Assembly: GCA_963743915.1 (NCBI GenBank)
Contig: CAVURN010000003.1
Location: 543,631 to 607,630, forward strand
Reading direction: 5' to 3'
Source of the DNA: an uncultured Actinomycetota bacterium
Lineage (GTDB): Bacteria; Actinomycetota; Actinomycetes; JAHEKZ01
DNA length: 64,000 nt
Shown: positions 51,489 through 61,318 of the stretch, piece by piece
Layout of the letters: the number at the start of each line of letters is the position of its first letter
How positions within the stretch are numbered: position 1 is the stretch's first letter
Translations under genes and position numbers: made by a program
Notes under the pieces: generated by a model
Database searches by the model: none
The model's input: only the letters and a program-made list of their open reading frames with translations
What the model was told of the DNA's origin: nothing

Positions 51489-52628
51489 ATGACGACCACC
51501 GACCCTCGGTCACTTCCCCTGCCGACGGTGCCGCGGTACGGCGTGGACTTCTGGCGCGAGGCGCTGGCGTCCCCCGCGCTCGTGGGTCTCGGCCCCTACG
51601 GACCGTTGGGCCCACCGGACATCTACGGCGTCCGCGTGCCCGGTGGCTTCCGCGCCCGCGTCATCGGTCGCAGCGGGCGTCCCATCACCGGAACCGGTCA
51701 CACGTGGCACCTGCACCCGTCCGACGGCGCGACCATCGCCACGCGCGACGGTGGCTGGGTCTACGTCAGCAACTCCCAGGCCGGACCAGGCGAAGGCGGC
51801 GCCAGCGGGATCCGCTTCCGCCAGGACGGGCACATCGTCGACGCCTACCGCGTCCTGGACGGGACGCTCGGCGTGCGGGCCGGCAGCCGGACGCCGTGGG
51901 GTACGTGGCTGGCGGGGGAGACGGGGCGCACCGGGCGGCTCTGGGAGTGCACACCGGACCGTCCGGGGCAGGGGCAGATGTACCCGCTCGCGGGATCGTT
52001 CGACCACGGAGCCCTCGCCATCGATCCGCGCACCGGCGTCGTCTACCTCTGCGAGAACGACTACGACGGCCGGCTCTACCGGTACCGGTCGGACATCTAC
52101 GGTGAGCTGTCGAGCGGCGTCCTCGAGGCGGCCAAGGTGCGGCGGAGCGGCCACGTCGACTGGGTCGAGGTGTCGAGCAAGCACCCCGAGCGCAGCGATG
52201 CCACGACGGGCTTCCATCGCACCGACGGCGCGTGGTTCGCGGACGACGCGCTGTTCATCACCAGCGCCGACGCGCGCTGCGTCTGGGCGTTCGACGTGCG
52301 GGCCAACGAGCTGTCGCTCATCTACGACGCCGCGACGATGCCGGTGGACGCCCCCATGCGCGAGCCCGGAACGGTGACCGTCCACGAGCGGTCGGGCGAC
52401 ATCCTGGTCGCCGAGTACATCGACCAGCCGCTGCTGGTGCTGCTGGCCGACGCCAGCACGCGACGCGTCGCGGCGCCGTTCCTGGAGCTGGTCGGCCACG
52501 GGGGCAGTGAGATCACCGGGATCGGGTTCGACCCGACGGGCACGCGGCTGTACCTCAGCTCGCTGGTCGGCAGCGACGGGAGCGGGCTCACGTTCGAGGT
52601 CACTGGGCCGTTCCGGCGTCACCGATAG
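51489..52628 (+). CDS. PhoX/DUF839-like beta-propeller protein with degenerate metal-ligand motifs and no signal peptide
   Basis: GGWVYVSNS, TPWGTWL, GVLEAA, SEITG..FDPTGTRLY, FEVTGPF. Confidence 0.8.
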   Translation: MTTTDPRSLPLPTVPRYGVDFWREALASPALVGLGPYGPLGPPDIYGVRVPGGFRARVIGRSGRPITGTGHTWHLHPSDGATIATRDGGWVYVSNSQAGPGEGGASGIRFRQDGHIVDAYRVLDGTLGVRAGSRTPWGTWLAGETGRTGRLWECTPDRPGQGQMYPLAGSFDHGALAIDPRTGVVYLCENDYDGRLYRYRSDIYGELSSGVLEAAKVRRSGHVDWVEVSSKHPERSDATTGFHRTDGAWFADDALFITSADARCVWAFDVRANELSLIYDAATMPVDAPMREPGTVTVHERSGDILVAEYIDQPLLVLLADASTRRVAAPFLELVGHGGSEITGIGFDPTGTRLYLSSLVGSDGSGLTFEVTGPFRRHR

Positions 52629-52770
52629 CCCCTGGACGGCAGTCCGCCCGCCGCGCTTCTCAGCAGGCAACGGGCGGATGCTCTATGGGGGTGTTATCGG
52701 CACCTTCCGGCCGGATCTGAACCCCTGCCCGCGGGACGCCACCTGGTCCGAACCGGCGTACCGTGGACGG

Positions 52771-53172
52771 GTGACCGCTCGACGCGTCCTCGTGGGTGCG
52801 GCGGCAGCGCTGGCGCTGTTCGCGCTCGTGATCATGCACGGGCTGCCGCTGGCGGCGTCCAACGCGTCGCCCGAGCCGACGGTCCACGCGATGCCGATGA
52901 CGGCGTCGCACGAAGGCCACGCCATGCCGGAGCCGACCGGCGCCGCGACGACCCAGACCTCACCGGACGCCCCCGCGCCGCACGAGCACACGCTGGCCCA
53001 CCTGTGCCTCGCCGTGCTGACCGGCGCGCTGCTGCTGCTCCTGCTCGTGGTGGGACGTCGTCCGCTCGGTGCCCACATGTCCGCGGCGTCGCTGGCCGCC
53101 CACGTCCGCGCTCTCGTTCCACGAGCGGTCGGCCCCCCGGCACTCGCTGAGCTCGGTCTCCTGCGCTGCTGA
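52771..53172 (+). CDS. His/Met-rich small membrane protein (DUF6153/DUF2946-like)
   Basis: MHGL, HLCLAVL and C-terminal GPPALAELGLLRC; precedes a DUF305 gene. Confidence 0.65.
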   Translation: MTARRVLVGAAAALALFALVIMHGLPLAASNASPEPTVHAMPMTASHEGHAMPEPTGAATTQTSPDAPAPHEHTLAHLCLAVLTGALLLLLLVVGRRPLGAHMSAASLAAHVRALVPRAVGPPALAELGLLRC

Positions 53173-53228
53173 TCGGACGTCGCGACGACGTCCCGATCAC
53201 GCACGCCCACACCCTGAGGAGACCTTCC

Positions 53229-53829
53229 ATGAAAGCGCGCATTCTCACTTCCGCGGTAGCCGCCGTCCTGTTGCTCGGCGGCTGCGTGGAGATCAACACC
53301 GACTCCGGTACCGACGCCGGGTCCACCGACCACAACGCGGCGGACGTCACGTTCGCCCAGGACATGATCCCGCACCACCAGCAGGCCCTGGTCATGGCAG
53401 ATGTCGCGATCGAGGGAGCGCAGACGCAGGAGCTGCGCGACCTCGCCGAGCGGATCAAGGCGGCGCAGGCGCCGGAGATCGACCAGATGACCTCGTGGCT
53501 CGAGGCGTGGGGCGAGGACGTCCCCGACCTCGACGCGATGAGCCACATGATGATGGGCCACGGCGACGACGACGAGCTCAACGACATGCCCGGCATGATG
53601 GACGCCGACCAGATGCAGCGGATGACGCAGATGATGGGCGGCGGGCGAGCCTTCGACGAGATGTGGGTGCGGATGATGATCGCTGCACCACGAGGGGGCG
53701 ATCGAGATGGCCCAGGAGGAGCAGTCGTCCGGGCAGTACCCGGACGCGATCACGCTCGCCGAGGACATCGAGTCCGCCCAGACTGCCGAGATCGCCGAGA
53801 TGAAGCAGATGCTCCGCGACTGGAGCTGA
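53229..53829 (+). CDS. DUF305 (CopM-like) lipoprotein (frameshift near 53685)
   Basis: Lipobox LLGGC; FAQDMIPHHQQA, AQAPEI, HHEGAIEMA, AQTAEI. Confidence 0.87.
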
Positions 53830-53835
53830 CCCAAG

Positions 53836-53895
53836 CCCCCGCAACGTGTTGGATCTGTGGGGTCATAGGCCCACAGAACCTACACGTTGCGGGGG
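53836..53895. terminator. Long hairpin between convergent genes
   Basis: CCCCCGCAACGTGT..TCTGTGGG / CCCACAGA..ACACGTTGCGGGGG. Confidence 0.6.
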
Positions 53896-53904
53896 TTGGC
53901 GCCG

Positions 53905-54420
53905 TCAGTGCATGTGCTCCTCGTCCATCTTCATGGCGGTGACCGTCACCGTGGCCTCGACGGGCTCGCCGTCGGCGGCGTACTGGTTGTGGTCGTTGCC
54001 GTTGAGCGTGACGGTGACCTCGTGCTCACCGGGCTCCATCGCCATCGGGCCGATGAAGTACCACTCGCTGTAGACGCGTGAGAGCTTCACGTCGTCGATG
54101 TACACGTGGGCGTGCCCCTCGCCTGCGACGTGGTCGCCGCTGGCGTGCTCGGGCGCCCAGGTGAAGTTGCCAGTGGTCGTGTGCAGGTTGAAGCCGCCCA
54201 TCGGGTCCGGCGTGACCTCGATCGAGACCGTGGGCGCGTCTGCCGCGGGCAGGTCGCGCAGCTGGTGGCTCTCACGGTCGAGGGTGGTGAGCAGCTCACC
54301 GGTCGGTGTCGCCGAGGGGGACGCCGCGGGCGCGGCCTCCTCATCGGTGCCGCACGCGGTCAATGTGGTGGCCAGCAGCGCAGCGGCACCGATGGCGAGC
54401 AGAGCAGTGGAACGAGACAT
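53905..54420 (-). CDS. His-rich lipoprotein, putative metal binding
   Basis: Lipobox LTAC; EGHAHVYID, LNGNDH, ends MDEEHMH. Confidence 0.72.
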   Translation of the reverse strand: MSRSTALLAIGAAALLATTLTACGTDEEAAPAASPSATPTGELLTTLDRESHQLRDLPAADAPTVSIEVTPDPMGGFNLHTTTGNFTWAPEHASGDHVAGEGHAHVYIDDVKLSRVYSEWYFIGPMAMEPGEHEVTVTLNGNDHNQYAADGEPVEATVTVTAMKMDEEHMH

Positions 54421-54476
54421 GTGAAGTACTCCAGGAGAGAACTGCGGGCAGCGATGCCCGCAGGAAGGAAAGGGAC

Positions 54477-55066
54477 TCAGGCGAAACCGGCGGCGGCCGG
54501 TGGCCCTCTCCAGGAGACGTTCGCGCCGAGCACGCGCTCGACATGCGGGTCGAGGCGCGCGACGCACCGACAGAGGGGCGCAGACGCCACCACCGCAGAC
54601 GGCGTCCTGCGCAGAACGGCAAGGGGGCGGAAGACGAGCCACTCGACGACCACCCACAGCAGTCGCTCGCCGGCCGACAGCCACAGCGCCACCAGCAGTG
54701 CGGCGACGCTGTGCGCCACCACCATGGACGCGCTGAGCGCATGAGCGTGGGTGGCTGCGGTGCCGATGGCCGGCGCGTCGAGGGCAGCGGCGCCGTGCTC
54801 GTGACCGACAGCCGTCGACCCCTGCGCGAGCGCGCCGAAAGCGCCGTGCAGCAGCCACTGACCGCCGACCACGAAGGCGACGAGAGCGGCCGGCGCCAGG
54901 CGTCGGCGGGTGGCGAACCACGCGGCGAGCGTCACGGGCCGGCCAGCAGGGCGGCGTGACCGAAGGACGGCAGACCGGCTCCTCCAGCACCGTGCGCCAC
55001 GGACGCGAGAAGCAGCACCACGGCGCTGAGCACGGTGGTGCGCAGCAGTCGGTGCGGCGCGGTCAT
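54477..55066 (-). CDS. Hypothetical membrane protein (frameshift near 54940)
   Basis: GQWLLH, MVVAHSVAA, GERLL and RGPP motifs typical of actinobacterial metal-locus membrane proteins. Confidence 0.65.
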
Positions 55067-55155
55067 CGAGGTCGAGGCTAGTCACCTGCCTGCGGCCCGC
55101 CGTCAGGGGCTAGCCTGCGCGCAGGACGCCACCGGGCGCGCCGGAAAGGGAGCCG

Positions 55156-56592
55156 ATGACCGACCTTCACTACCTGTCAGCCACGGACGCGCTCGCGAAG
55201 TTCCGGAGCCGGGAGCTGTCCCCGGTCGAGCTGATGGAGGCGACCATCGCCCGCGCCGAGGCGGTCGAGCCGGACGTCAACGCGTTCTGCCACACCTACT
55301 ACGAGCGTGCGCTCGAGCAGGCGAAGGCGGCCGAGGCGGTCTACGCGCGCGACCCCGACGCCGCGCGGCCGCTCGAGGGGCTGCCGGTCGGCCTCAAGGA
55401 CGAGGTCGAGATCGCGGGCGAGCCCGCCACCCAGGCGTCCCTGGCCTTCAAGGACCTCGTCGCCGAGGAGACCACACCGATCGGTGAGCGCATCCTGGAC
55501 GCCGGCGGCATCATCCACGCGCGCACCACCACGCCGGAGTTCTCGTGCGCCGGGTTCACCCACTCCAAGCTCTACGGCGTCACCCGCAACCCCTGGAACC
55601 TGCACTACGGCGTCGGCGGCTCGTCCGGCGGCTCGGGTGCGGCGCTTGCCGCCGGAACCGCGACGCTCGCCAGTGGCTCAGACATCGGCGGATCGATCCG
55701 CATCCCCGCGTCGTTCAACGGTGTCGTCGGCTTCAAGCCGCCGCTGGGACGCGTCCCCGTCGAGCTGCCGTTCAACATGGACCGCTACTGCCACAACGGC
55801 CCGCTGGCCCGCACGGTCGCCGACTGCGCCGTGTTCGAGAACGCCCTCGCGGGTCCGCACCCGCACGACCACGTCTCGCTGCGACCCAAGCTCGAGATCC
55901 CCGAGACGCTGGACGGCATCGAAGGCCTCCGCATCGGCTACACCGTCGACTTCGGTGGCTGGCCGGTGGACGCCGACGTCGCCCGCAACACGCGGGACGC
56001 CGCCGAGGCGCTCCGTGACGCCGGCGCGACGGTCGACGAGGTCGCGCTGACCGTCGACCACGCGCTGATGAACAAGGCAGCCGCCGTGCACTTCCAGACG
56101 ATGTTCGCCGCGTGGATCGGCAGCGTCGCCGAGGAGCACGGCGACCTGCTGAACGACTACGCCATCGAGTTCGCCCGCACCACCGCCGAGGACGGCAAGG
56201 ACATGGGCGTCCTGGACGGGATGCTCATCGAGACCGAGATGTGGAAGCCGATCGGCGACCTGTTCGAGCGGTACGACGTGCTGCTCGCGCCGACCATGGC
56301 GACCCGCGGGCTGGTGGCCGGCGATGGCTACGTCGGCAAGGGCCTGGAGGTCGGCGGCGTGATGCTCGACAGCTACGCCGACACGCTCATGACCCCGGTG
56401 TTCAACATGTTCAGCCGCTGCCCGGTGCTCAACGTGCCGTCCGGCTTCGCCGACAACGGCGTCCCGACCGGGCTGCAGATCGTCGGGCGCACCTACGACG
56501 ACGTGACCACCTTCCGGGTCGGGGCCGCACTCGAGCGGGTCCGCCCCTTCTGGGCGGGCCAGACCCCGCAGTTCACCAACGAGCCCCACTGA
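55156..56592 (+). CDS. Amidase signature family protein
   Basis: GLKD, GGSSGGSGAA, GSDIGGSIRIPA. Confidence 0.93.
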   Translation: MTDLHYLSATDALAKFRSRELSPVELMEATIARAEAVEPDVNAFCHTYYERALEQAKAAEAVYARDPDAARPLEGLPVGLKDEVEIAGEPATQASLAFKDLVAEETTPIGERILDAGGIIHARTTTPEFSCAGFTHSKLYGVTRNPWNLHYGVGGSSGGSGAALAAGTATLASGSDIGGSIRIPASFNGVVGFKPPLGRVPVELPFNMDRYCHNGPLARTVADCAVFENALAGPHPHDHVSLRPKLEIPETLDGIEGLRIGYTVDFGGWPVDADVARNTRDAAEALRDAGATVDEVALTVDHALMNKAAAVHFQTMFAAWIGSVAEEHGDLLNDYAIEFARTTAEDGKDMGVLDGMLIETEMWKPIGDLFERYDVLLAPTMATRGLVAGDGYVGKGLEVGGVMLDSYADTLMTPVFNMFSRCPVLNVPSGFADNGVPTGLQIVGRTYDDVTTFRVGAALERVRPFWAGQTPQFTNEPH

Positions 56593-56618
56593 GCCAACCG
56601 ACGGACGAGGTTCTCCAC

Positions 56619-56678
56619 TGGAGGATTCCTTGCGCTTTCGAGCCCCTATCGGCTGTGAAAGCGCAAGGAATTCCACAA
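56619..56678 (+). repeat. REP-like 60-bp palindrome family 1, solo copy C
   Basis: TGGAGGATTCCTTGCGCTTT...AAAGCGCAAGGAATTCCACA. Confidence 0.8.
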
Positions 56679-56735
56679 TCGGCGGCTGGCCGGCACCCTT
56701 GCTGGTGGTGACGCGGTGCGTGCGACGATCGACGC

Positions 56736-57545
56736 ATGGACGCCGCACCCTCCGCGACCAGTCCCCGTGGGCTGCTGTTCGACATCGACGGGGTGTTCTT
56801 CGTCGGGGACGAGCCCGTGTCGGGCGGGGCGGACGTCATCGCCTGGGCGCAGGACGCCGGCATCCCGTACCTGTTCGTCACCAACACCACGTCGCACCCG
56901 CGCGCGTATCTGGCCGACAAGCTGCGCGGCTTCGGAGTCCCCGCAGATCCTGAGCACATCCTGTCGCCCGCTGTCGCCGCGCACGAGTGGCTCACCGAGC
57001 AGCACCGGACTCCGGTCGCGCTGTTCGTGCCCGACGCGACGGCGGCGGAGTTCGGCGACCTCGAACGCGTCGCACCGGACGCCGAGACCGGCGCCGCGGC
57101 CGTCGTCGTCGGCGACCTGGGCGAGTCGTGGGACTTCGCGACGATGAACCGCGCCTTCCGGCTGCTCACGTCCGATCCACGGCCGCCGCTGGTGGCGCTC
57201 GGCATGGCCCGCTACTGGAAGGACGTCGACGGCCTCCACCTCGACAACGGCCCCTTCGTGCAGGCGCTCGCCTTCGCCTCCGGCACCGAGCCGGTGGTGA
57301 CCGGCAAGCCGGCCCCGGAGTTCTTCCACGCGGCCGCTCACCGGCTGGGTCTGGCGGCGTCCGACGTCGTGATGGTCGGCGACGACGTGCACGGCGACGT
57401 CGGCGGAGCCCAGGGCGCCGGCATGCGCGGCGTCCTGGTGCAGACCGGGAAGTTCCACGCCGGCGACCTCGAGCAGGGCGTCACGCCGGACGCCCTGCTC
57501 GCGTCGGTCGCCGACCTGCCGGCCTGGTGGTGCCAACCGGACTAG
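56736..57545 (+). CDS. HAD-IIA hydrolase (LHPP/HDHD2-like)
   Basis: DIDGV, VTN, GKP, MVGDD..GDVGGA, VQTGK. Confidence 0.9.
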   Translation: MDAAPSATSPRGLLFDIDGVFFVGDEPVSGGADVIAWAQDAGIPYLFVTNTTSHPRAYLADKLRGFGVPADPEHILSPAVAAHEWLTEQHRTPVALFVPDATAAEFGDLERVAPDAETGAAAVVVGDLGESWDFATMNRAFRLLTSDPRPPLVALGMARYWKDVDGLHLDNGPFVQALAFASGTEPVVTGKPAPEFFHAAAHRLGLAASDVVMVGDDVHGDVGGAQGAGMRGVLVQTGKFHAGDLEQGVTPDALLASVADLPAWWCQPD

Positions 57546-59100
57546 GTGCAGCGAGGCCTGCCGTCAGCTCGTCGGCAGCAATTCGTCGTCGTGCGCGCGG
57601 AGGCTTGAAGTTGCCCTTGCCCTTGAGGCTGTTGACCGATGAGGTGTTCATGGCATACGTGAGCGTGGACGCCGCGACGGCGTCGCTGTTCACGTCGAGC
57701 ACTTCGTTGCTGTTGTTGGCGTAGGTGTCGCACGCCTGGTGGTAGCAGGGGTCGTAGGCGACTCCGGCCGTGCCGCCGAAGGTGGCAGCCTGCTGCGGCG
57801 TCTTGAGCACTTCGGCGCCGGTGAACAGCCCACCGAACGGAATCCCGGAGTCGAAGAAGGCCGCGTAGTCGGAGCGGAACGAGATCTCTGTTTGCTCCGA
57901 CGCGAGGCCGCGGTTGGCGTAGAAGTTGGTGAAGTAGCGCTCGATCGGTGCCGATCCTGGCGGGCCCGCGAGACCGAACTCCGAGCCGTCACCGTCGTAG
58001 ACGAACCGGACGTAGTTCGGCGAACCGATCATGTCGAAGTTCAGATACAGGGCGATCTTGGCGCGTTGTTCGTCCGACAGACCGAACACGTAGTGGTCCG
58101 AACCGACGAGCCCGGCCTCCTCGGCTCCCCAGAGGGCAAAGCGCACCGTGTTTCGCGGGTTGACCTTGGCCATCTGTTGCGCGGTCTCGAGGATCGCCGC
58201 GACGCCGGAGCCGTTGTCGTTGATGCCCGGTCCGGTGTCCACCGAGTCCAGGTGCGCGCCGACCATCACGACGTTGTTGTCGTTGCCGCTCCTGGTCTCG
58301 GCGAAGACGTTGGAGGTCTCAGCCTCGCCACGGAAGACGTTGGCGAAGAGGCGCATGGTGAGCCCAGGGGTGGCCGTCAGCTGGGCGCCAAGACCGTAGG
58401 TGGCGTTCATGACGGGTATCCCCGAGGTGTTGCCGGCCGTCAGGGTCCCACCGATCAGCCCCGTGCGATCAGCTGTGTTGCCCTGGTTGAAGAGGATCAC
58501 GCCGACGGCGCCAGCGGCTGCGGCGTTCTCGGCCTTCAGCTCGAAGGTGCATGTGCCGCGTTGGATCAGAGCGATGTTGCCCGCGGGGAACCCGGCGAAG
58601 TCACCTGCTTCACATCCACTGGTGGACGTGTTGCCCAACCCCAGCTGGATGTCGACAGCCGTCACCGCTGCGGTGACGTCCCCGGCGTCGGACTGATCGA
58701 AGGCCTGGAAGTCGACGAGCTCCTGGTAGGTCACCGACCCCGGGGCGATCTGCTGCAGGGCCGAGGGGCCGAGCCGGATCGAGGCGAAGAACGCGAAGGG
58801 CTGGACAGTGACCTGGTAGCCGGCGTCCTCGAAGACGTCGACGGCGTAGTCGACGGAGGCGTCGTAACCGGGAGTTCCCGACGCGCGGATGCCGTTGTTG
58901 GCGTCCGCGATCTCCTGCAGGGCAGCCTGGTGCTCACGGACGCCCGCGAGCTTCACGCAGGCGATGAGCTTGGCGATGGTGTCGTTGGTGCGGTTGGCGC
59001 AGCGGCTGTCGGTGACGCCGGCGGCCGGGGAGACCGGAGCGATGACGACCGAGGCAGCCACGAGTGCGGCGGCCGCTGCGAGGGTGGTGGTTCGGCGCAT
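57481..59100 (-). CDS. Secreted M28 aminopeptidase with PA domain (3' end uncertain)
   Basis: Signal peptide; RGTCTF..K; GAHLDSV, GINDNGSG, AEEAGL, NFDMIGS, CYHQACD. Confidence 0.92.
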   Translation of the reverse strand: MRRTTTLAAAAALVAASVVIAPVSPAAGVTDSRCANRTNDTIAKLIACVKLAGVREHQAALQEIADANNGIRASGTPGYDASVDYAVDVFEDAGYQVTVQPFAFFASIRLGPSALQQIAPGSVTYQELVDFQAFDQSDAGDVTAAVTAVDIQLGLGNTSTSGCEAGDFAGFPAGNIALIQRGTCTFELKAENAAAAGAVGVILFNQGNTADRTGLIGGTLTAGNTSGIPVMNATYGLGAQLTATPGLTMRLFANVFRGEAETSNVFAETRSGNDNNVVMVGAHLDSVDTGPGINDNGSGVAAILETAQQMAKVNPRNTVRFALWGAEEAGLVGSDHYVFGLSDEQRAKIALYLNFDMIGSPNYVRFVYDGDGSEFGLAGPPGSAPIERYFTNFYANRGLASEQTEISFRSDYAAFFDSGIPFGGLFTGAEVLKTPQQAATFGGTAGVAYDPCYHQACDTYANNSNEVLDVNSDAVAASTLTYAMNTSSVNSLKGKGNFKPPRARRRIAADELTAGLAAPSPVGTTRPAGRRPTRAGRPA

Positions 59101-59270
59101 AGGAGAACTCCCGTTCATCCCCGAGCGGTGGGCACTGTCTAGTGCCTTGCGGTGCGGGCGGTCAATGATTCGCCTGCCGACGTCCCCGGGTAGGTGTCTG
59201 GAATGTCTCGAGTGGCGCATTAGTTGAACCTTCATATACTGGAGCCACCCATCCAGCAGCCGGAGGTTCC

Positions 59271-59904
59271 GTGAGCACCCACCCGACCCGCCCCCGTATC
59301 CAGGTCATCCTCGGCTCGACCCGCCAGAACCGGGCGGGTGAGCAGGTTGCCTCGTGGATCACCGAGCTGGCCGCAGTCGCGCGACGACATCGACGTCGAG
59401 CTGGTCGACCTGCGCGAGTTCCCGCTGCCGTTCTTCGACGCTCCGGTGTCCCCGAAGCGTGAGCTGTCCGACGACCCGCGGGTGCGCGCCTGGGCCGCCA
59501 AGGTGGCCGAGGCGGACGGCTTCATCTTCGTGACCCCGGAGTACAACTACGGCTACCCCGCCGTGCTGAAGAACGCGCTCGACTCGATCTACTACGAGTG
59601 GAACGACAAGCCGGTCGGTCTGGTCGGCTACGGCGCCGTGGGCGGGGGACTGCGCGCCGTGATGCAGCTGCGGCAGGTCGTGGTCGAGCTCGGGCTCGTC
59701 CAGGCGCACGCCCACGTCATCGTCCCGTGGGTCGGGCGGGCGTTCGACGACGACGGCAAGCCGCGCGACGAGGTCACCCGCCGCATGGCGTCCGGCATGC
59801 TCGACGAGGTCGCCGAGTGGGCGCTGCTGCTGCGCGCCAAGCGCGAGGACAGCAGCGGCTCGAACCCAGACCGCCTGCAGCTCGGCGCTGGGTCGTGCCG
59901 CTAG
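59271..59904 (+). CDS. NADPH-dependent FMN reductase (frameshift near 59375)
   Basis: ILGSTR, FVTPEYN..YPAVLKNALD. Confidence 0.9.
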
Positions 59905-61308
59905 TCCCACGTGAACCCGGGTGGACGCGGCCGGCACTCTTGGCGCGCCAGCTGACGGTACTTCTTCACCTGGTCGCGGTAGTGAGGGTTGCCCGCCCTG
60001 TTGTGGAGCTCCTCGGGATCGGTCGCGTAGTCATACAGCTCCCGGCCGCGGTGGTCGTCGTACTCGACGTAGAGGTAGCGAGCAGTGCGGATGCCGCAAT
60101 AGGCGGGGTGGATCCCTACATCGGTCGTGTTCTCGGTCTGCTCGATGACGGTGTGCCGTGGGCGCTTGGCCGACAGCAGTGAGATCCCTTCGACATTGGG
60201 CAGGGTGGCACCGGTGACGTCGAGAATGGTGGCAGTGACGTCGACGTTCGTGACGATCCGCCGTGGGTGCGATGGCGGAATGACGCCGGTGTACCGGATG
60301 CCCATCGGGACGCGCACCGAACGGTCGTAGGGCAAGTCCTTGCCGGTGAGCCGGTGTGAGCCATTCATGAGCCCGTTGTCGGAGAGGAAGACGAACAGAG
60401 TCGGTTCTCCAGCAGCGGTGCGCACCAGACGTCCCACGGCCTCGTCGATCGCGAGAAGCGTCTCCCGCTGTCGGGTCAGTTTCAGCTGCTGCTGCTCGCG
60501 GTCCAGCTTCGGCCGTCGTATCCACTTCGGCTTGTCGGAGACGTCTGCCTCGTTGAAGGCTGCCACGTCCGTGACGTCCGCGAGCGGCAACGTGCCTTCA
60601 TGGCGCGGCGCCGGGATCCGGGGCCAGTGGGAGCCGAAGGGCGTGAACCAGACGAAGGCGGGACGCGATGACTGGGCGAGGAAATCCACCGCCAGGTCAG
60701 CGAGGACGTCGGTGGAGTAGTCCGACTCGTTGTCCCCGTAGTAGACGGGTTCGCCCGTTCCCTCGAGCTGGTAGTCGAAGTAGCGGGGAAGTCGTGAACG
60801 ACCGGAAGACGTCCCACCCCGGGGGGACGGTGCCGCTCCAGGCGTTGAGGTACTTGCCGAAGAGGCCGGTGCGGTAGCCACGAGCGTCGAGGGCCGTTGC
60901 CAGGGTGTGGTCCTCGTGCACCTGGAAGGCCGGCCAAGCACCGTGATTCTCGGGGTCGTTGGTCCAGACGCCGGTGGTGTGGGAGTGCTGCCCGGTGAGC
61001 AGGGACGCCCGCGACGGGCAGCAGAGAGGGGTCGGGATGATGCCGTTCCTGATCGCTGCGCCTCTGCGCATGATCAGCTTACGGACGTTGGGCATGACAT
61101 CGAGCGTGCCCACGGTCTGGTCGTCGGTGAGGATGACCACGACGTTGGGTCGTCCCGGCGTCGGGGCCGCCGCACGTTGGATCGCTGGTGGCGTTGCCGC
61201 GGCCTCGGCCGGCTGGATCGGAGTGGCGCCCACGGCGCCCACAGCTCCGAGGCCGAGCGTCAGGATGAGTGCCGGTCCAAGGACGCGTCGTGTGATGACC
61301 CCCGTCAT
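59901..61308 (-). CDS. Secreted sulfatase (frameshift near 60790)
   Basis: RPNVVVILTDDQ, CCPSRASLLTG, GKYLN, SDNG. Confidence 0.9.
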
Positions 61309-61318
61309 GACCTGCCTC

